From: a virus
DNA length: 64,000 nucleotides
Strand: one strand, 5' to 3'
Virus record (IMG/VR): IMGVR_UViG_3300031787_000075
Coordinates: 9,533 to 73,532 of that record
Below, piece by piece: positions 45,584 through 56,600 of the stretch. A program made the translations under genes and the position numbers. The first letter of the stretch is position 1. Each line of letters begins with the position of its first letter. The notes under the pieces were generated by a model, which saw only the letters and a list, made by a program, of their open reading frames with translations, was not told the origin of the DNA and searched no databases.

Positions 45584-46943
45584 CGTGCCAACAACATAAA
45601 GGTATTTGTAATCCTAAAATACATGGTTGGCCTTGGGTTCCTCCTTCTATATGCCAACACCCATGATACTCGCATTTGCCTTGCCTAATATCAATATCTG
45701 ATAGGTCTAAATGAATCAATTCAGGCTTAACGCTTCCAAAATAAATTACAGACTTCTTTTTCATAGCCACAGCTAAATGAGAAGGACCGGAATCTATTCC
45801 TATGAAAAATTCGCTATGCCATATAATTGACATAATAGTTGTAATCGAAAGATTAATGACAGGAATAACGCCTTCAACATTATAAACATCCTTATCCAAC
45901 TTTTCGCCATTGCCAATCAATATAACATTGGTTCCTGAATCAACTATCTCCTTGCATATTTTAGCAAAATTATCTACTGGGTTTCTGTAATTCTGCTCTC
46001 TTCTATCAATGTGCATTACGGCATAAGGAAAATCAAATATTCTATTAGTGTCATTCAACTCTATTCTTGGTGGGTTAGCTTTTGGCCTTTCTCCAAATGC
46101 TGCAAAATAAGCCTCGATATGATTTAGGGTTGGCATCATTTCGTATGACATATCCAAATCCACAACTAAATCATAATCTATTTGACTTGTATGTAATCTA
46201 ACCGTATAGGGTTGAAAAGTAAAAACTTGTTCTAGCCCTGGTGTGGTTTCTAAATAAACGGTATAACCTTTTTCGCTAAAATACCTTAATACTGGCTCCA
46301 CTTGAATTACATCTCCAAGCGCTCCCATTCTCTTAACCAAAACATTCTTGCTTGCTATTTTGTGAAATGTGCCATGAAAGCCAAATGTTTTACCTTTAGG
46401 AGGATTAAGTTCATAGGAAAATTTACTGGCAATATGCTCTGGGGCAAATTTACACCCGCTAATTTCTAAGCTGCCTCTCCATAACCTGCCAATACATTCA
46501 TCCTCCGGACCTAAAACAGGCTTATCCTCTGTTAATTCAAGTAGCTTTTTACTCCTTAAACTAAAACCTCCATTACCTACGTTTCTACCATCAATGTAAA
46601 GCCATGGCGCTCCAATGTAATCGTATTCTAAAAATTCGTTGGACCATTCGCTGCCATTAATTACAAATCCATCATGCTGAATCACCAATACATGACTATA
46701 ATCCAAGTTCAAGCTGTTTAACAGGTGCGGCATCTTGTTAATAATAAACCTGCTGTAATCATTAGCATCTACAATTTTGTCTATTTTGTAGGTAATTGTG
46801 TTGGTAACACTAATACTAAGGTCCGTAAACCAAACCACCTTTTGAGGTCGAATGTGTTTTAGGGTTTGATTGATTGCATATACGCAATCGCTATAATTCT
46901 TTGTGTCAGCAATGACGACAACTATTTGTTTTAAATCAATCAT
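45573..46943 (-). CDS. DUF5672 plus GT9 glycosyltransferase fusion
   Basis: N-terminal 'IQHDG...YDYIGAPW...VGNGGFSLRSK...ED...FGFH'; C-terminal 'RMGALGDV...FIGIDSGPSHLA'. True start MIDLKQ at 46943. Confidence 0.85.
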   Translation of the reverse strand: MIDLKQIVVVIADTKNYSDCVYAINQTLKHIRPQKVVWFTDLSISVTNTITYKIDKIVDANDYSRFIINKMPHLLNSLNLDYSHVLVIQHDGFVINGSEWSNEFLEYDYIGAPWLYIDGRNVGNGGFSLRSKKLLELTEDKPVLGPEDECIGRLWRGSLEISGCKFAPEHIASKFSYELNPPKGKTFGFHGTFHKIASKNVLVKRMGALGDVIQVEPVLRYFSEKGYTVYLETTPGLEQVFTFQPYTVRLHTSQIDYDLVVDLDMSYEMMPTLNHIEAYFAAFGERPKANPPRIELNDTNRIFDFPYAVMHIDRREQNYRNPVDNFAKICKEIVDSGTNVILIGNGEKLDKDVYNVEGVIPVINLSITTIMSIIWHSEFFIGIDSGPSHLAVAMKKKSVIYFGSVKPELIHLDLSDIDIRQGKCEYHGCWHIEGGTQGQPCILGLQIPLCCWHDEK

Positions 46944-46947
46944 ATTG

Positions 46948-47029
46948 TGGGGAGGACAGGATTCGAACCTGCACGATGTTTTAGTTGTCGTTACCAACCT
47001 TACTACCACCATTCCACATCTACCTCCCC
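46948..47029 (-). ncRNA. Degenerate tRNA-like element
   Basis: Acceptor GGGGAGG/CCTCCCC+A and T-arm GCAGG-TTCGAAT-CCTGT; no normal D-arm; hairpin GGTTG-GTAACGA-CAACT; no encoded CCA. Confidence 0.65.
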
Positions 47030-47162
47030 CTACGTCCGATATATGCCTCGGACAACGGCCGTACGTCTAATAGTTTTTGAGGCTATCGTTTCCGTTCTTG
47101 TCAACCACCCTTTGTTCAGTCAGCTATGTTTTTACAAGCTTCGCTGTTAAGGCAGGATTTTG

Positions 47163-47233
47163 TCACCTCACTTGGACTTGAACCAAGAATACTACCCCAG
47201 CGCTAGGGCTGCCTCACATTTGGCTTTGAGGTG
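47163..47233 (-). ncRNA. Degenerate tRNA-like element
   Basis: Acceptor CACCTCA/TGAGGTG+A, short D-stem GCC/GGC and T-arm CTTGG-TTCAAGT-CCAAG; the anticodon arm GCCCTAGCGCTGGGGT lacks a normal 7-nt loop. Confidence 0.65.
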
Positions 47234-47243
47234 ATTTGGAATA

Positions 47244-47273
47244 CAACAATACAAAAAATCAATTATAAGTCAA
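47244..47273 (-). promoter_or_regulatory. Promoter of the leftward middle operon (TTG-N19-TATTGTTG)
   Basis: Same -7 variant as at 17652; about 10 nt upstream of the first tRNA-like element. Confidence 0.5.
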
Positions 47274-47302
47274 TCATAGGTCAATTATAAGTCAATTATA
47301 AT
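47259..47302. repeat. Four tandem 11-bp repeats TCAATTATAAG
   Basis: tcaattataag-tcaatcatagg-tcaattataag-tcaattataat. Confidence 0.85.
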
Positions 47303-47327
47303 TTATTTAAAACCCTGATTTTTAAGC

Positions 47328-47364
47328 AAAAAAAAATCCAACTCTTTTTTGGAGCTGGATTTTT
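47328..47364 (-). terminator. Intrinsic terminator
   Basis: AAAATCCA..TGGATTTT stem with a long T tract on the minus strand. Confidence 0.7.
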
Positions 47365-47381
47365 AAATTAGCTAAAAACTA

Positions 47382-47657
47382 CTAGGCGTTAATGTCGGCA
47401 ATGATATCGGCAACGCTTTTGTTGGTGTAATAGGTCTTGTAACCTCTACGACCGTTTTTAACTTGAATACCCGCGCTAATGAAGCGATAAATACTTTCAT
47501 CAACGGTGTCCTCTACTCTTGCCCAGGTGCTACCTTGACGTGTTGGGAATACACCTCTGCGAGTAATTTCCTCCACAGGCAAACCTTGGGTTTGAGGGGT
47601 AACTAACTTGCTACCATCAATTTGATAGACAAGGATTGAAACTACTGATTTTGGCAT
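47382..47657 (-). CDS. Small hypothetical protein (possibly virion)
   Basis: 91 aa, last gene after the giant ORF. Confidence 0.55.
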   Translation of the reverse strand: MPKSVVSILVYQIDGSKLVTPQTQGLPVEEITRRGVFPTRQGSTWARVEDTVDESIYRFISAGIQVKNGRRGYKTYYTNKSVADIIADINA

Positions 47658-47694
47658 CTTTTTAAAATATTAATTGGTTAAACAGAAATCAAAA

Positions 47695-50600
47695 CTACAT
47701 TTTTTTAGGTAATTTTCCATAAATAGATTTGATTTTATCTTTTTGGGCAGGAATTAAAGCTTTATTGGTCATTAACTTATCTAAGAAATCTTTGGCCTGA
47801 ACGTACTGCATAGGAAGGTTTCTGTTAAATGCGTACAACAATTCAAACCATTGTAATTTCTGCTCTGGTGTTATTGACTCTTTTTCGCTTAAATCATCAA
47901 CTATGTAAGATAATTCCTTAAGGTTTTCGCCAAACCTGAATTGCTTATAAGAATCCTCGAATTGCTTTGCCTCTACTGGAAACTCTTTCTTAAACTTTTT
48001 CATGTTTTCAGGCTTTACATAATCTGCAGGAGTTATGTGGTCGTCATTGAACATCTTTTCTATTTCTAGCATGTTAACGCCTTTTGACTCTAGCATAGGA
48101 TTAAAGCTGTTTTTGTGTTTTGTAACGGCTTCTAATTGCTTCCAAAACAAAGCGTATTCTCTACCTCTTTGCCATGTATTTTTAGTGGCAAAACGATATG
48201 GATTTTCAAGTAGCTTTCTTTCGCTATCGCTATTTAGTTCTAATGCAAATCTAGCGTTTGCACCAAACTGCGCTTTTAAGAAATAGTCTGTCTTCATAGG
48301 GCTTACACCAAACTTTTCTCCCATCCACTTAGCAAACTCGCTTGTGTTCTTGTTTTGTTGGTATTGACTCTCCATATTAGCGTACTCTCCTGTTACAATA
48401 GGCATTAATGTAGGGTAAGATTTAACACTTAATAAAGTATTAATTGTTGGAGAAACAGCTGTTGGAATCATTTGCAAAGCATTTGCTCCTGCCATATCGC
48501 TATCTCCAGTCAAAATACCTTCCAAAATACCTTCCGCTTGTTTAACTCCTCCTGGCAAACCCTCTCTTATTGGTGAAAAATATTGGCTTGGAGTGTATTT
48601 GAATGGTGCTTTTTTGTTTTTCTCATAAGCATAAGAAAAGGCAGCCATTTGAGAAATACCTGTGATCGCTGTAATAGATTCAGGAACCCTTACCCTAATC
48701 CATTTCAATTCAGGTCCACCCCATATAAATACATACTTGGCAAACTCTTCTGATGGTTTATTGGCCATTGCAGCAATATCATCATCATCTCCTCCTCCAT
48801 TAAACACCTGCATAATACTATACGCACTTATAAATGCTAATGTGGCAGCTAATCCTCCTCCTCGTTTTGGATTTTTCTTTATCGACTCTATGTTTTTTAG
48901 TAGCGCCTGCAATGATGCGTTCCAATAAACGTGTGACCTATAAGCTACCCTTCCAGCTCTACCAAACATTAAACCTCTTCTGTAAAAAGGGGCAGAAACA
49001 TTGGCTGCCATAAATAATGCTGTACTATCGTCATAACCTAAGTCTATTGCTCTTTTAAATTCAGCAAACCTAGTCATAATCTCTGTGGCATTAACAGGAG
49101 CGGCCAAAACATCAATGGCGGTATCAAAAACTTGTTTAGCCTTGGTTCCAATTGTTTTCTTAGGAGAAACTCTGTTAATTATTTCACCTACGGTTTCTGT
49201 TCTGTCAAAATTAAACGCCTTAGAAGCATTGAATCTATCCCCTGCTAGTGCTAAATACTTTTTAAGCAACTCTTCACCTTGCGGGGTGTCTATCTTCATT
49301 CCCAACTCGTTTAAAACAGTTCTCCATTGCGTGAATACTTGTATAGCATCTCCGGCACCAATGAAATCTCTTTTTCCTGTAGTTGAGTTTATAAAGGCAG
49401 ATATTTGGTCAATGGTAAAGTTTCTTAACGCAAATGTCGGGTTGGCGGCTGTGGTCATTAATCCAAACACATTAGCACCTGCAAACAATATCTTTTCCCA
49501 TGCACCATTCATGTCTTCCGGGCTTAATGTTGTGGCTAAAGCCTTAATCCAATCCGCTGCCTCGTAATACTGCTTGCTTCCATTTATGTAAAAACTAACA
49601 TACCCTCTGTTCTCTAAGTGGCCAAATGTAGGAACGCCACCAATCATAACAGCGGTCTTAGGTACTCTAATAAAATCTTGGTTTAGCTGTCTTTTACTTA
49701 TGCCCATGTCCTCACCATGCTCGTTAACGAATTGGGCAAATTTCATCCAAAACATATTGTTGTAACCCTTCATGATGGTTTTAGGAATATGTAAAATCAT
49801 TGCCTCTAACGGACCAATGAAAGACTTTCCTGAACTACCAGTTCTCTTTTTAAACTGTGTTAGGTTTCCTCCTTGTGAGTTTCCTCCCCCTGTCATTAAA
49901 TCGTCATGGATATATCTTTGGAAGGAAGCATAGTCTTTATTTTTAGACCATTCCTTATAAGACTCTTCACTTATTAAGCCGGTATTCCTAGCGACCTCTA
50001 ACAAATGCTCATTTATCTTATCAAAAATGGCAGTAGCATCTTTAAACTCTTTCTCAAAGGCAGCTATGCCTGCATTTACCTGCCTAATATCAAAATTATC
50101 GTTGTTTACTATGGTTCTGTACTCAACAAATTTATCAAGAAGCCTTTTAGCTATTTGGGCTTGAACAGGAGTCATTGCATCAGGGTCCGGAAAGTTTGCC
50201 ATATACATATCGTAATCGTTCTTAGCATCAACCATTCTATTATAATCCCCTTTTGCCCTCCTGTTGATTAGGTATTGATTAAATACATCTCTAACAAACT
50301 CTATATCCCTATCATTCTTTTTTGCGATCCTACCTAATTCATCCAAAATACTATTAACACTAAGTTTTTCATATTTGTAGGTTCCATTTTTTTGAATAAT
50401 GGCCATCATTTGCTTTCCATTTAACCATGCCTGGGCAATAGGTCCGCTCTGCATATTGGTAAAATAAGCAATCTCTAGGCTTTCATCACTCAATGCGGTA
50501 TCAGCTAATTCATCCAATGTCCTAAATGCGCTGCCGGTGTCGAATTGCAATGCCATATACATTTTAAATCCTACATCAGACACGTTTACGTTTTTCCATG

Positions 50601-53600
50601 AACTTTCAGCGCCAAAACCTTTTTTAACCTCTTGTTGCGCATCTGCCATCCTTAATCCTGTACTGAATATTGGTGACAACTGTTTTACACCATCCATTAT
50701 GTTAGCCATGGCATCATACAGCTTGTTCACCAATGGATGATTGTATGTTGAACCACTAACAAATACTTTATTGAATATCTCTGAATAGTCTTGCGAAATC
50801 TTAATAGGGTCCGCTAAATACTCATTCATAAACACCGCTAGACCTTCTATTACTTGTAAGCTTGTTGGGTGTGTTGGCTTGGCATTAGGATAAAATTCTT
50901 GGTAAATCTGTTTTAGTTCATTTATTAAATCCTTATCCCCTGAATCAATAATGTTTTTGGCCATACCATTTGTTTGGTCGATAAAGTGCATGCCCTCATG
51001 TATGGCAGTAAATATCTCCATCAACGATCTGGTGCCAATATATTTCTGCCTAATAAAATACGCTCCCAATGCTCTAGGAACCTTTTTCTCTCTTACAGGA
51101 ACTCCAATATCATTTAAAGCCTTTTTAACTCTGCCAGACAAACTAAAATAATCAGCTGTCAAAGGACCCATTCCTCTATCATTGTAAATGTATTGAGGAA
51201 CACCATTTCTATTTACGGCGATTTGAACATTTGGTTTAGCATTTCCTACCTCCGATATGAATTGTTGGGCAGTTTTTAGGTCTTGGTAAGCCATTGACTT
51301 TAACGAGGCAAATATTTGTTTCTGCTCTTCATTGTCGGTTGCCGCTGCCAACGCATCCATATTCTGTAAAAACTCTCTTAGCGTTTTTGCAGGCATTAAC
51401 TTGGCAGCGCTAACGGCATCAACAAAACCTTTACTTGCGCCTTGTCCAAAAACAGCTAATGCCAGGCTATCTGTCGTAACGGCTTTGTACTTTGTCTTAA
51501 CCCTTTCGTAGGCGTATCTAATCCATTCCTCTGAACCCTGTCCTAACCTTACCGCTAAATCTTTGAAATTAGTAATGCCTTGTTTTACATATAAGGCAAC
51601 TACTTTTATGAACTTACCTGCCATAACTAAGCCGGTAGGGTCGTTTTGATTTGGCCTAATGCCTAAACTCTTGTTTTTATCCCATTCCGATTTTAAATCG
51701 TCTATGGCGGCTTCTAGTTTTGTTTTTGAAACTTCATATTGTGGGCTCTCAACTTCATTAAAGATTCTTTGGCGTTCTGCCTCAAAGAATTTATCTCTGA
51801 TTGAGTTAAGCGACTTGAATTTATAAATTCTTGCTGCTTGTCCTTTAGTAAGTTCTTCTGTGTTTCTTGCGATTCCATAATCTTGGACAAATGTATTTAA
51901 TTTTTCTTTACCAAACTTATCATTCAACTTATTTAATAAATCTTTTGAAATAATTTGGTTTGGACCAAACCTGCCTTGCGCCAAATTTGTTGACAAAACA
52001 ACCTTTCCTCCGTTTTCCTCTACAAAAATTTCTAAAGCCTTCAAAGTTGCTCCGCTAGTGCTTACATCATCAATAAGAATGTATTCTTGACCTGGATTTA
52101 TTTTACCATCGAAATATACAGGTCTTAAAAGTCTTGCAGCTGGGGAAGCGCCTGTATGATAAGACCTATTTGATTGAACAATATCTGTTTCTATCTCATT
52201 TCCGTATATTTCATGTATTTTTTGAGCATAAGCCAAAGGCAGCATATTTCTACCTGTCCTTTCATTTGATATTACAGGAATTAACTTAGCGTTAGGGTAA
52301 TTAGATATGCTAGACAATCTTTCACTCTTTACTATCTTATTTACAATCTCGTAAGCTGAAATAATATCACCTGATTTAGCTTTTTCGTAATCTTTTGTTT
52401 TGACTAAATTAGAAATTGAGGTATGATTAATGTTTTCAACCTGCATTAAAGGCAATCCCCTATCAGAAAGTGCATTGTAAAGATTATCGGTTATTGGAAT
52501 AGACATTCCGGAGGTGTATCCTTTTGCGTAATCCATGTCAACATCTATTGGAGAAACCCTTACGTTTTTGTCGTACTTTCTAGCAACCTTCTCAAACGCC
52601 TTGCCTACATCGCCTATTTCACCTTCTTTTACTGAACCGTAATACTTTTTCATAGGTTCAGAACCAATAGTATGCTCGTCAACCTTTATTTCTTTTAAAC
52701 CTGTGCTATACTCTCTGCCTTCTCCATTTTTTATTTTATTGGCTATTTCAGAACCTAATAAATCTTTAACCCTATCAAAAGAAACATTTGTTTCAAAAAA
52801 AACTTCTTTGTTATTGTAAGTACCTGTTATAAAATAATTGTCGTAGGTCTTAAAGTAGTTATACTGAATAGTATCAACAACATTGGATATTCTAAATCTT
52901 TGAGAAACCTGCTCCCCAGTATTCCATGCCACAGCATCATATCCGTTTTCAACCGCGTATTTTAATGCTCTCTTAGCGGCAAGGTCTGTATAAGTTTTTT
53001 TGAATGGGGCAATTGGAGTTTTGCCTTCTTTAATTCTGTATGATTGGTCTGTAAATTCAGGGTTGTTAATCGCCCAATCCTCGGCCTCTTCTGATGAATA
53101 GAAAATAGGAGCTCCTTTTATCTTATCTCCATTCATTTTAGTGACAAAGAATTGACCTTTATAGCCATAATCTCTTCCAGCTTCATGCCTTTGGCTTTGT
53201 ATTTCGTCAATAACCATTACTTTTCTGCCATCCTCTGTAACGGAATCTCCAAACCTTAGCCACACCAAGGCTCTGCCAGTTGTTACTGTTCCAAAATGTA
53301 TATCATCATTTAGATTATATAATTCAACCTCTTTAGAATATTTTGCATTACTTGAAAATTCTCTTCCGCTTGCGTATATAACAATTTCTTTTTTATTAGA
53401 TAAATCAGGTGAGGTGTATTGTAATCTAGTTGAGTTTATTTGGTTTTCGTACTCTTCAAAATATGATTCCCTTATTTCGTCTTGAACAGCTTCTTTAATT
53501 GTATCTACTGAATTAAGAAACTTATTGGCATAATCAAGCATATCCATAGCGGTTGCAAACGCATCTGGATTTTGAATTAAATTTGAGGTTATAAGTTCTT

Positions 53601-56600
53601 GTTCTAAAACCTTTAAGGAGTCTTCGTTAGGGTTTTGATTATATTTTGTTACAGCATCTCTAACATCTTCAATATAAACCACGTCTTCTTCTGTAGCATC
53701 CCATCCTGAACCAAAAACATAATAAGAAGAGTCTTCACCTCTGCTTAAGTTATTTTCACTTAAAAACAGTCTAGCTTCGGCTATTGTGGCTCCATCTAAA
53801 CTGCTTTTCTTTTCTGTTGACAGTATCTTTTCAGCAATCTCAACCTTGTTTTCTTTCAAAAACTTTAATGCAGCATCCTTAGTGATTTTATTGTACTTGT
53901 TCTCTTCAATGTAATCCTCGAAGCCGGTCCAATAAACCTCTTCTCTGTCCAATAACCCTTCGTTTGCTCTTGCCTCAATCCAATCCTTCCATTGCGCTCC
54001 GGTCATGGTGTTGCCTTTTTGTTCAATAGCTGAATTTAGTCTGCTGTACCAGTCAACAACAATTGTTTTGGCAGTTTTATCCTTGGCAATGTCTTGAATA
54101 GCGGCTTTGTCAAACATGGTTTTAACAGCGGCTTGTGTAAAGGCATCTAAATCCATTTCAGACAATTGTTTGGCAGTAACCTTGTCTAGGCCAACTATAT
54201 CTTTAATTGCTTGCCAAAACTCTTTTAGCCACTCCGTAAAGCCTTTCTTTTCATTGGCAGCCATTACCACTCCTTTGTCTGCAATGGCTCTTACTAGGGC
54301 TTCTTCTTGCTTCTGTTTGTACGTTAATTTAGCATAGGCAGGATTGTTCTCCACCTCTTCTAAATACTTGCTACCCACAACCAATTCCAAACCTCTTCTT
54401 AAAACATCGGGTCTGTGTTCTGAAAGCAATTTAGTAAAGGCATGGCCAAACTCATGTATTGGCGTTTCAGGTCTTGCTAGTCTTGGGTCGATATAAACCC
54501 TGTCCTTATAAAAAGCACCTAAGACTTCGCCTGTGCTAACTTTTTCAAACGAAATTATATCCTCTATGCTTATAGCGTTTTCGTTAAATACTACATAATT
54601 GAATCCTCTTGCGTTGCCACTTGTTGCTCCTCTTGCTATGCTTTCAGCAGGGTATTTAATGCCATCAATGCCGTTTTCTAAAAGAAATAATGATGCTTGC
54701 TTTCCCCACTCTACTTTATATTCGTCTCCGAAAATCTTCACCAACTCACTATACAGCTCTTTGCCTTTTATTGCAGTTGAAACTCTACCATCAAACCCTT
54801 TTTCTTCAATAGCTTTATTTATTTTAATTACATCAGTAAGGCTCACTTCTTTATCCCATTCCAACCAAGTGTATTCGCTTGGGGTTTTGCCTTTGTGTAA
54901 TGATACCTTGTATAGATTTCTATTTTTATTACCAACTAAAAGCTTGTTAAGGTCACTTTGAGTTGACGCAACTAAAAAATCAATAGCTTTTTGCACAGTA
55001 ACTGAATTGTGGATGCCATCATTAATTTTACTTGTTAAATTTTTTATTAACACATCTTTGTCAAGGCTCATTTCTTCTTTTATGGCCACATCAGCAAATA
55101 CTGGTATATTCTTATTTAGAACTCCTTGAATTTGTATTTTTCTAGCATAATCTTTAGCTATGCTTTCTAAATCAGTAAAATATAATCCCCATCCAAACGC
55201 TTGTGCGCCTTCGCCTGTACCTATCTTAGATAATTCAAATTTGTTAAATTTAAAAGGTGAACCATGATAAACTTCTACTTGGGCCAAGTAATCGCCTGCA
55301 ATCATCCACCTAAAACTAGGCTCAACAACCACTTCGTCAACTACACCCTCAAAACTATCTGTTAAAGCCTTGGTTAAATTATCTCTGAACTCAACCTCTG
55401 ACTCTGTTAATGGAAAGTCAACTGTTTCTTTCTGCAGCTTTGGGCCTCCACTAATCCATTCCAAAAATTCTTTTGCTGATGCCTCTGTCTTGAATTGGAA
55501 ACCAGGTATTGCGCCTTGCGCTTTGTATGAAGAGTAATTTCCTCCCAATTCTTTGGCTTTAGCATTGGCAGGGGCAAAATCATCTATTCTAACATTCATT
55601 TTAACCACCCAGTTATCTCTCTTCTCCTTGGCATGGTAGTTTTTAATAAGTTCAAACTGATTTTTGTTTTGGCCCTGACTAGGTGATGAACCCTGTTTTG
55701 GCTCCATATCAATTGTTGGTGGAACACCCATGTCCTCTATTTCATCGAACAATTCTTTTATAGTAACCAAATCTTTTAGCATAGTGTTGGGAGCGCCTAG
55801 CGTGCTTCCTCCCATTGCTGCCACCTTATTTCTTAAATCTTCATCGCTTATCTTGTCTATGATAACTATTTGAGTGTTTACATTGGTTCCTGCCTTTTCA
55901 AATGTTACAGGAGGCAATTTTATTACAGCCCTTAAAACAGCGTTTTCAGGTGCGTTTTCTCCATACAAAAAGTTGTTTAACCTTTCATCCATCTTGCCTT
56001 GTGGAACCAAAGCCACAACCCTTCCACCATCTCTTAGGTGCTGAAATGCTTTTGCCAAGTGATCCATTGCTGTTTTTCCGGCATGGCCAAATGGTGGGTT
56101 CATTACAATCCTATCGTACTTATTAACTAATGCTAGGTCTTCAAACCTATCGCCAAAGTGATTTGAGTTTTTATGAGAAAGCATGGCAGCTTGTGAACGT
56201 AAATCTGCACTTGGCTCTATGATATCTAAACCAGTTAATTCAGGCACATATCTAGCTATACTTCCTGAACCAGCACTTGGCTCTAAAACCTCTTGTCCTG
56301 GCTTAATATCTGCCCACTCAACAATTTTAAAACCTAATGGCTCTGGAGTAGGATAGTAGTCAACCCCTTCCGGTTCTCTGTTTCTTGACCTTTTTTGTCT
56401 TAAATGATAGTGTTGAATAGCTTTTTGGTAGGCACTTAGCTGATTTAATTGCTTGTCATAGGTTTTGCCTCCTACACCATAATCTCCCGAATCTAGTTTT
56501 GAATAAAACTCTTCTACTGGAATAGCTTCTAGGTATCCTGTTCTAAGAGTTTCCTCCATTCCTCTAGCATCATTTCCTAGTGCGAAATTTTCTGTGGTTC

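Noticed and set aside
46944-47012. ORF-track N-terminal extension of the DUF5672/GT9 gene, and the + strand ORF 46947..47150
   Set aside because: Both are read-throughs of the tRNA-like element (RFESCPPH, GFEPA).
46948-47233. tmRNA, suppressor tRNA or tRNA-linked HDV-like ribozyme
   Set aside because: No G3-U70 pair or tag reading frame, no CUA/UCA anticodon in a canonical loop, and no ribozyme core could be folded by eye.
47259-47302. CRISPR array
   Set aside because: The repeats are 11 bp and contiguous, with no spacers or cas genes.
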